A DNA stretch of 24,000 nt from Hypericibacter terrae (GTDB lineage: Bacteria > Pseudomonadota > Alphaproteobacteria > Dongiales > Dongiaceae), in NCBI RefSeq assembly GCF_008728855.1, contig NZ_CP042906.1:3623570-3647569 (forward strand), read 5' to 3'. The notes under the pieces were generated by a model. That model saw only the letters and a list, made by a program, of their open reading frames with translations, was not told the origin of the DNA and made no database searches. The first letter of the stretch is position 1. Each line of letters opens with the position of its first letter. The position numbers and the translations under genes are program-made. Below, piece after piece: positions 16,543-24,000 of the stretch.

Positions 16543-16594
16543 CCCCTCCCCCCTTGAGGGGGAGGTTAGGGTGGGGGGGTGATCGAAGAACGCG
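16543..16594 (+). repeat. G/C-rich hairpin repeat R2 (inside the MITE-like element)
   Basis: CCCCTCCCCCCTTGAGGGGGAGGTTAGGGTGGGGGGGTGATCGAAGAACGCG. It has the same architecture as R1 and R6, and as the reverse complements of R3 and R5. Confidence 0.8.
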
Positions 16595-16645
16595 ATGATG
16601 ACGGAGCCTTGAGCCACACGAGCTTGGCGAACATCGAGTTTGTGG

Positions 16646-16684
16646 CCACCCCCACCCCAGCCTCCCCCTCAAGGGGGGAGGGGA
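16646..16684 (-). repeat. G/C-rich hairpin repeat R3 (inverted copy, inside the MITE-like element)
   Basis: Its reverse complement CCCCTCCCCCCTTGAGGGGGAGGCTGGGGTGGGGGTGG closely matches R2. Confidence 0.8.
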
Positions 16685-16770
16685 AGAAAGCAGAGCAACG
16701 AGATTCTCCTTCAATGGCGCCAACCGGACAGCCGTGGACTTGATCCGGGCATCCAGTCTCACCGGGCCCT

Positions 16771-16801
16771 GGATCGCCGGGTCAAGCCCGGCGATGACAA
16801 C
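16771..16801. repeat. short hairpin repeat (CGCCGGG-TCAAG-CCCGGCG)
   Basis: Perfect 7-bp stem. The GGTCAAGCCCGGCGATGAC motif is a recurrent rhizobial intergenic repeat (recalled). Confidence 0.5.
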
Positions 16802-16825
16802 AAAAAGTGCATCGTGGCGCTGATA

Positions 16826-16863
16826 GCCCCCCAACCCCGGTCTCCCCGTCAAGGGGCGAGGTG
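16826..16863 (-). repeat. G/C-rich hairpin repeat R4 (degenerate, inverted)
   Basis: GCCCCCCAACCCCGGTCTCCCCGTCAAGGGGCGAGGTG has the same layout as R3 with several substitutions. Confidence 0.6.
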
Positions 16864-16976
16864 AAGAAGGCCCCAGCAATGCCGCGATTCCGCCGCGATC
16901 CGACCCTGCGCCCGCCATGACGCCACGGTCCTCTGTCCCGCGTTCGCCACCGAACGCATTCCAGGGGACCTCTTCC

Positions 16977-18419
16977 ATGACCGACATCGCACCCAAGTTG
17001 CCCGGGCTTTCCGGCTGGCTCGGACGGCTTGCCTTCAATCTTCATATCGCCGGCATCGTGGTGATCGCGCTGCTGCTGCTGATCCCGCTCTCGATGGTGC
17101 GCGACCTGATCAATGAGCGCTCCTACCGGCAGCAGGAGGTCGAATCCAGCATCGCCGCCGAATGGGGCGGCGCCCAGACCTTGGTGGGCCCGATCCTCAA
17201 GGTGCCCTACCAGGTGAAGGCCACGCCCAACCAGCCCGAGCGCATGTCCTACGCCTTCTATCTGCCGCAGACGCTCGACGCCCAGATCAGCGTCACCACC
17301 GAGATGCGCTATCGCGCGGTGTTCGAGATCCCGGTCTATCGCGCGCAAGGCCGCCTGGTCGGGACGTTCCCGCCGCCCTCGACCCTGCCGGTGCCACCCG
17401 ACGCCACCGCCATGCTGTGGAACCAGGCGGTGCTGCTGATGGGCGTGGGCGATCTCACCGGCATCGACAGCGACCCGAGCCTGAAATGGCTGGGCCAGCC
17501 GGTCGCCTTCACGCCCGGCAGCAGCGTCCCCGCCATGCCCGGCATGCAGGCGCCGCTGCCGACCCTCTCGCTCGCCGACACCGATCCCCTGCCCTTCGCA
17601 ATCGATCTCACCTTGCGCGGCACCGACCGGCTGCAGCTCGTGCCGGTGGGCGCCACCTCCTCGCTCACTCTCACCGGCGACTGGCCGCATCCGGGCTTCA
17701 CCGGCGGCGCGCTGCCGGCCGAGCGCGACGTCACCAAGACCGGCTTCACCGCGCATTGGACGCTGTCTTATCTCGCGCGCGGCTTCCCGCAGCATTGGAC
17801 CGAGGCGACCGAGATCCCGCCCGCGAACAACCAGGGCTACGATTCCAGCTATGACAACGACCGTAACGGGATCGCCGCGGCGATGGGCGCATCCTCGGTC
17901 GGCATGACGCTGATCCAGCCGGTCGATTTCTATCATGTGAGCGAGCGGGCCGCGAAGTTCGGCTTCCTGTTCGTGGCGGCGATGTTCGGCACCGTCTTCG
18001 TGATCGAGCTCGCCAGCGGCAAACGCGTGCATGTGGTGCAGTATCTCCTCATCGGCGCGGCGCTGGCGCTGTTCTTCTGCCTGCTGCTCGCCCTCTCCGA
18101 GGTGATCGGCTTCACGCCGGCCTATATCGTCGCCGCGGTCATGACCACGGGCCTCATCGGCGCCTATCTCGCCCATATCGCGCAGAGCCTGCGCAAAGGG
18201 GCGATCGGCGCCGGCGTGCTCGCCGGGCTCTATGGCTATCTCTATGTGCTGCTGCAGCTCGAGGACCTGTCGCTGCTCGCGGGCGCGCTCGGACTGTTCG
18301 CCAGCCTCGCCGCCTTCATGTGGTTCACGCGCAAGGTGGACTGGTTCCGCCTGGCGCCGACGGCGGCGAACGAGCTGCTGGGGACGTCGGCGAAGGCGGA
18401 GAATCCTCTGCCCTCATGA
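16977..18419 (+). CDS. creD: cell envelope integrity / inner membrane protein CreD
   Basis: N-terminal TM segment, then LINERSYRQQEVESSIAAEWGGAQTLVGPILKVPY (CreD signature) and a C-terminal multi-TM block. I prefer ATG 16977, which has AGGGGA upstream. Confidence 0.85.
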   Translation: MTDIAPKLPGLSGWLGRLAFNLHIAGIVVIALLLLIPLSMVRDLINERSYRQQEVESSIAAEWGGAQTLVGPILKVPYQVKATPNQPERMSYAFYLPQTLDAQISVTTEMRYRAVFEIPVYRAQGRLVGTFPPPSTLPVPPDATAMLWNQAVLLMGVGDLTGIDSDPSLKWLGQPVAFTPGSSVPAMPGMQAPLPTLSLADTDPLPFAIDLTLRGTDRLQLVPVGATSSLTLTGDWPHPGFTGGALPAERDVTKTGFTAHWTLSYLARGFPQHWTEATEIPPANNQGYDSSYDNDRNGIAAAMGASSVGMTLIQPVDFYHVSERAAKFGFLFVAAMFGTVFVIELASGKRVHVVQYLLIGAALALFFCLLLALSEVIGFTPAYIVAAVMTTGLIGAYLAHIAQSLRKGAIGAGVLAGLYGYLYVLLQLEDLSLLAGALGLFASLAAFMWFTRKVDWFRLAPTAANELLGTSAKAENPLPS

Positions 18420-18609
18420 GAAAATAATCCGGCCGCCGCGCCCTCGAAGTTTCCCGTCTCGCGCATGAATGCCCTGCGCGACTTGCAGAGACTACAACTC
18501 GTTGAACGAGTTGATTTGTTCCCGGCCGCATCAGCGCCCGGCTTGATTCAGATCAAAGCGGCGGCACGGCCGCTGAGTAGACTGTTTTTTTGACAGTCGT
18601 TTGACACTT

Positions 18610-18647
18610 GCGCCGAGGCATCGTAAGGCTGCCTCGGCGCAATTTTT
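18610..18647 (+). terminator. Rho-independent terminator-like hairpin in the creD / kinase spacer
   Basis: Perfect 11-bp stem GCGCCGAGGCA / TGCCTCGGCGC with a 9-nt loop, followed by AATTTTT. Confidence 0.55.
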
Positions 18648-18686
18648 CGCGGATCGCGCATTGCCCTTTCGGGGCGGACAAGGCCG

Positions 18687-20609
18687 ATGCCTGCACTCGA
18701 AACGCTCTTCTTCGACATCCCGCAGATTCGCCGCGGCAGCCTGATGGCCTATCTCGCGGCCGCGGCGTTCGTCGCCCTCGCGACAGGCTTGCGGCTGGTC
18801 CTTGGCGCCTGGCTCGAGGGCGCTTCCTTCGTCACCTTCTATCTCGCGGTCATCGCCGCCAGCCTTGTCTGCGGGATGGCGGCGGGCTGGCTGGCCGTCG
18901 TTCTTTCGGCCCTTTCGGCCTGGGCCTTCATCTATTCGCCGGGCCTTGCCTATTCGCATGCGCTCGGGATCGGATTCTTCCTCCTCGTCGCCGCCGCCAA
19001 TGTGGTGGTTGTCGGCGCCCTCCTCGCCACGATCGCGAAAGTCCAGTCGCTGGTGCGGACCCTGGAGAGCAGCGAGCAGAAGTTTCGCGGCATCGTGGAG
19101 TCCTCGCCGGAAGCGATGGTGATCGTCGATGCGAGCGGCATCATCGCGCTCGTCAATGCAAGAGTGGGAGACGTGTTCGGCTACCGCCGCGACGAGCTTC
19201 TCGGAAAGGCGGTGGAGACATTGGTGCCGAAGCGGCTGGCGGAACGGCACCGCCAGCACCTCGCGCGTTTCGCGACCGATGCGACGATGCGGCCCATGGG
19301 TGCCGGGAACGATCTCTACGGCCTGCGCAAGGACGGCACCGAGTTCCCGGTCGAGATCAGCCTCAGTCCGCTCCACACCCCGCAGGGCCTGTACGTCTCG
19401 AGCGTCATCCGCGACATCACGCAAAGACGGCAGATCGAGGCCGAGCTCTTCCAGGCCCGGCAGCTCGAGCAGGAGGCCAGCCGCGCCAAGACCCTGTTCC
19501 TCTCGAACATGAGCCACGAGCTCCGGACGCCCCTCAATGCGGTCATCGGGTTCGTGCAGCTGCTCGAAGGAGAGCAGGCCGGCCCGCTGACGCCGAAACA
19601 GCGGGAGTATCTTGGCTATATCCATGACGGCGGCACTCATCTCCTGAGCCTGGTGAACGAGGTGCTCGATCTCTCGAAGATCGAGGCCGGGCGGCTCGAT
19701 CTCTCGATCGAGGCGGTCGGCGTCCATGCCGCCATGGAGCTGGCTCACAACAGCCTGGTGTCGCTGGCGGAGAAGGCCCGCGTAGTGCTGATCCTGCGCC
19801 CGGCCAACGGGCTCCCGGATGTCGGCGTCGACCGGCTGCGGTTGCATCAGTGCCTGATGAACCTGATCTCGAACGCGATAAAATATAACCGACCCGGTGG
19901 AACCGTGACGCTGGACGCGCGCCGGACCCCCGATGACCGGATAGAGATCGCGGTGGCCGATACCGGAAGAGGAATCCCGACCGAGCGCCAGAGGGAGCTT
20001 TTCCAGCCTTTCCAGCGGCTGGGCGCGGAGCATACCGCCATCGAGGGAACGGGCCTCGGGCTCGCCCTGACGCGTTATCTGGTGGAAGCGATGGGCGGCA
20101 AGATCGGATTCAGCAGCAGGCCCGGTGTCGGCAGCCGCTTCTGGATCGACTTCCCCGTGCTCGCCGCGGTGTCTCACCCGGTTGCAACCGTTTCCGAGGC
20201 CAGGCTCGCGCCGGTCCTCACGGCCGGCCCCGGGCGTTCGCTGCTCTATGTCGAGGACAATGCGATGAGCGCCCGCCTGGTCGAGGCGATCCTGTCGGCT
20301 GTGCCCGGCCTCACCGTTCTGAGCGCCTCGACGGCCCAGGAGGGACTCGAGAAAGCGATCAGGCACCGGCCCGATGTCATCATTCTCGACATCAATCTGC
20401 CGGGCCTGAACGGCTACGATCTGCTTGCGCGGCTGCGCCACGCGCCCGAGACGCGCGATATTCCGGTGCTCGCGCTCACGGCGGCCGCCTTGCCCGGCGA
20501 CATCGCCAAGGGAACGGCCGCCGGTTTTTTCCGCTATCTCACCAAGCCGATCGACGCGCGCGTGCTGCAGGCTGCCGTCGAGGATGCGCTGACGGAAGCG
20601 GCGGCGTAG
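18687..20609 (+). CDS. hybrid sensor histidine kinase/response regulator (membrane sensor, PAS, HisKA, HATPase_c, REC)
   Basis: N-terminal hydrophobic helices. PAS region (FRGIVESSPEAMVIVDASG...EISLSPL), H-box FLSNMSHELRTPLN, N and G boxes (LISNAIKYN, DTGRGI, GTGLGLAL), and a receiver domain (LLYVEDN...DVIILDINLPGLNG...LTKP). Confidence 0.93.
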   Translation: MPALETLFFDIPQIRRGSLMAYLAAAAFVALATGLRLVLGAWLEGASFVTFYLAVIAASLVCGMAAGWLAVVLSALSAWAFIYSPGLAYSHALGIGFFLLVAAANVVVVGALLATIAKVQSLVRTLESSEQKFRGIVESSPEAMVIVDASGIIALVNARVGDVFGYRRDELLGKAVETLVPKRLAERHRQHLARFATDATMRPMGAGNDLYGLRKDGTEFPVEISLSPLHTPQGLYVSSVIRDITQRRQIEAELFQARQLEQEASRAKTLFLSNMSHELRTPLNAVIGFVQLLEGEQAGPLTPKQREYLGYIHDGGTHLLSLVNEVLDLSKIEAGRLDLSIEAVGVHAAMELAHNSLVSLAEKARVVLILRPANGLPDVGVDRLRLHQCLMNLISNAIKYNRPGGTVTLDARRTPDDRIEIAVADTGRGIPTERQRELFQPFQRLGAEHTAIEGTGLGLALTRYLVEAMGGKIGFSSRPGVGSRFWIDFPVLAAVSHPVATVSEARLAPVLTAGPGRSLLYVEDNAMSARLVEAILSAVPGLTVLSASTAQEGLEKAIRHRPDVIILDINLPGLNGYDLLARLRHAPETRDIPVLALTAAALPGDIAKGTAAGFFRYLTKPIDARVLQAAVEDALTEAAA

Positions 20610-20641
20610 CGGCGCCGAGCGAACGCGACGTCCGCTTCCAC

Positions 20642-21964
20642 TCAGGTGTTCCGCGCGAGCACGGCCACGAAGAATCCGTCCGTGCCATGGCGCGACGGCG
20701 AGAGTCTGAGAAAGTCGCCGTCCCCCGGACACTCCCCGCCGATGACGCTCGCCCATACCTCGGCGATCGGCACGATGCGGAACTTGTCGTGCATCTCGAG
20801 GAAGCGCCGGATCTGGCCCTCGTTCTCGGCCGGCAGCAGCGCGCAGGTGGCATAGACGAGGCGCCCGCCCTGCTTCACCAGGCGCGCGGCGCTCTGCAGG
20901 ATGCTGGCCTGGAGCGCCACCAGCTCCTCGAGGTCGTTGGGCGCCAGGCGCCATTTCTGGTCCGGGTTGCGCCGCCAGGTGCCGCTGCCGCTGCAGGGCG
21001 CATCGACCAGCACCCGGTCGAAGGCGGCGGCATGGCGCTTGACCCAGGGATCGCGTTCGCTGGTCAGCGCGCGGCGCTCGACATTATGCGCGCCGGCGCG
21101 CCGCAGCCGCGTCGAGGCGCGCATGATGCGGCCCTCGAGCACGTCGCAGGCGACGATATGACCCTTGTTCTTCATCTGCGCCGCGAGCGCCAGGGTCTTG
21201 CCGCCGGCGCCGGCGCAGAAATCCACCACGCGCTGGCCTGGGCGCGCACCGGTCAGCAGCGCCACCAGCTGCGAACCCTCGTCCTGCACCTCGATGGCGC
21301 CCGACTTGAAGATCTCGAGGCTCGCCAGCGGCGGCCGGCCGGTGACCCGCAGGCCCCAGGGCGAGAGCGGCGTCGGCTGGGCCTCGACCTTCTCGGCCTT
21401 GAGCGCGCGGATCGCGGCCTCGCGGTCGGCCTTGAGCGCATTGACGCGGATATCGGTCGCGGCCTCGTCCATCAAGGCCCGCATCTCGGCCTCGAAATCG
21501 GATCCCAGCGCTTCGCGCAGGGGCGCGTCGAGCCATTCGGGATATTCGAAGCGGACCCAGGTCGGCTGGTCGAGATGATCGAGCGGTTGCCCCGTGAGCG
21601 CCCGCGCCAGCGTGCGCTCCTCGCGCGTCATGGGTGCGGGACGATACTGCCCGCCATCGAAACTGCCGGCGATGCGATCGGCGTCCCAGCCTTCGAGGAG
21701 GGCCAGGGCGGCAATGACGCGGTTGCGGTCGGTGTCTTCGCTCTTGGGCGCGTCGGCCGGCCAGGCGCGCGCGATCGCCCAGTCGAGCCGCGCGCGGGCG
21801 CGCAGGACCGCGTAGGTGAGTCCCAGCACCTCGCGCCGGTCGCCGCCGCCGATGTAGCGCCGCGCGCGAAAGAACTCATGCGCCGCGCGATCGGCGGGCG
21901 CGGTGCCGGCGTGGATGGAGGTCAGCAGCTCGATCGCGGCCTGGAGACGGGCGCCGGGGGTCAT
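20642..21964 (-). CDS. RsmB/NOP-family class I SAM-dependent RNA (cytosine-C5) methyltransferase
   Basis: SAM motif VVDFCAGAGGKT and the catalytic Cys motifs DRVLVDAPCSGSGTWRRNPD and LVYATCALLPAENE. Confidence 0.9.
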   Translation of the reverse strand: MTPGARLQAAIELLTSIHAGTAPADRAAHEFFRARRYIGGGDRREVLGLTYAVLRARARLDWAIARAWPADAPKSEDTDRNRVIAALALLEGWDADRIAGSFDGGQYRPAPMTREERTLARALTGQPLDHLDQPTWVRFEYPEWLDAPLREALGSDFEAEMRALMDEAATDIRVNALKADREAAIRALKAEKVEAQPTPLSPWGLRVTGRPPLASLEIFKSGAIEVQDEGSQLVALLTGARPGQRVVDFCAGAGGKTLALAAQMKNKGHIVACDVLEGRIMRASTRLRRAGAHNVERRALTSERDPWVKRHAAAFDRVLVDAPCSGSGTWRRNPDQKWRLAPNDLEELVALQASILQSAARLVKQGGRLVYATCALLPAENEGQIRRFLEMHDKFRIVPIAEVWASVIGGECPGDGDFLRLSPSRHGTDGFFVAVLARNT

Positions 21965-22073
21965 GGGCGAGCACCGAGGCTGGGGCTACCCCTCAAGTTA
22001 ATGCGATCGCTTCGCTCTACTTCCAAGCTTCGAGCGAGAGGGATGATCGACGACATCGCTTCACCTTGAAGCG

Positions 22074-22112
22074 CACCCCCCTCCCTAACCCTCCCCCGCA
22101 AGGGGGGAGGGC
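22074..22112 (-). repeat. G/C-rich hairpin repeat R5 (inverted)
   Basis: Its reverse complement GCCCTCCCCCCTTGCGGGGGAGGGTTAGGGAGGGGGGGTG closely matches R2. Confidence 0.8.
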
Positions 22113-22125
22113 TAGAAAAAAGAAT

Positions 22126-22167
22126 CACGCCCCCTCCCCTTGCGGGAGGGGGTAGGGGGAGGGGTGA
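22126..22167 (+). repeat. G/C-rich hairpin repeat R6
   Basis: It matches R1 (16312-16353) at 41 of 42 nt. Confidence 0.85.
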
Positions 22168-22211
22168 CATGGGCGATGCTGTCGACGGCGAGCGCGACTT
22201 CACTACCGCGA

Positions 22212-23852
<1,641 letters not shown>

Positions 23853-24000
23853 TCAGGGACGGGAATCGATTTCGCAGCCAGTCTGTAAAAACCGAATAAA
23901 GACCCCAACTAGAACAGGGTCGGCATGGGGTCGCGACGCCATCGTCATGACGCCGCCCCACCGCTGGCCGCACACTTCCGGAGAAAAGGAATTCCTATGA

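Larger units (their letters stand above)
16399..16735. mobile_element. 337-bp MITE-like non-autonomous element
   Basis: Perfect 15-bp terminal inverted repeats ACGGCTGTCCGGTTG (16399-16413) and CAACCGGACAGCCGT (16721-16735). They are flanked by a perfect 11-bp direct repeat GGACTTGATCC (16388-16398 and 16736-16746). Removing the element and one repeat copy restores a perfect 9-bp-stem hairpin, ATGCCCGGA-CTTGA-TCCGGGCAT. No credible ORF lies inside. Confidence 0.7.

Noticed and set aside
16312-16863. Possible CRISPR array suggested by the repeated G/C-rich units
   Set aside because: The units occur in both orientations with irregular spacing of about 50-190 nt, they are imperfect copies, and no cas genes are present. 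They are REP/MITE-type repeats.
16526-17038. 170-aa minus-strand ORF across the repeat-rich spacer (also 16295..16513)
   Set aside because: It is assembled almost entirely from translated hairpin repeats (PPPLRGRLGWGW, PLKGGGD, GLDPAI, DARIKS) and crosses the MITE boundary and the creD start. It is not a gene.
16782-18176. 464-aa minus-strand ORF
   Set aside because: It is antisense to creD. Its composition is Arg/Gly/His-rich and it lacks the membrane helices seen in the plus frame.
18531-20954. 807-aa minus-strand ORF, the longest in the window
   Set aside because: It runs antisense to the hybrid histidine kinase, whose plus-strand product carries every kinase and receiver motif. The minus-strand product is Arg/Gly/Asp/His-rich with no recognisable domain. 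It also overlaps the 3' end of the rsmB-like gene in another frame. This is a typical high-GC antisense artefact.
20687-22069. 460-aa plus-strand ORF
   Set aside because: It is antisense to the RsmB/NOP methyltransferase gene, which has the SAM and catalytic Cys motifs.

Overview
High-GC chromosomal segment that looks alphaproteobacterial (Hyphomicrobiales/Rhizobiales-like), spanning the guaB to guaA purine locus. The right half (13.4-24 kb) is core genome. It holds guaA, two tandem GNAT acetyltransferase paralogues, creD, a hybrid PAS histidine kinase/response regulator, an RsmB/NOP-type RNA methyltransferase and guaB. Its spacers are packed with G/C-rich hairpin repeats, and one spacer carries a nested 337-bp MITE-like insertion with perfect terminal inverted repeats and an 11-bp target duplication. 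The left half (1-13.4 kb), downstream of the guaA stop codon, looks like accreted accessory DNA. Three extra copies of the GMP-synthase 3' terminus (...TIEWE-stop) plus one internal guaA-like fragment sit in intergenic gaps and cut the region into blocks. No integrase or transposase gene is present. The blocks are: (i) HD-domain protein, quinone oxidoreductase and GlxA regulator; (ii) an internally shortened Asp/Glu racemase; (iii) a tightly coupled three-gene operon encoding a protein resembling cyanobacterial fluorescence recovery protein (FRP), a DUF3024-like protein and a SWIM zinc-finger/helical-repeat protein; (iv) an orphan sdhB-sdhC-sdhD cluster with no flavoprotein gene, a degenerate DUF488 gene, and a DUF2945 / cytochrome-b::molybdopterin-oxidoreductase fusion / CBS / WDNEGGA-motif operon. 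The FRP-like operon is my best candidate for an undescribed system. I found no rRNA, tRNA or CRISPR array. All homology statements come from motif recognition by eye and need HMM/BLAST confirmation.
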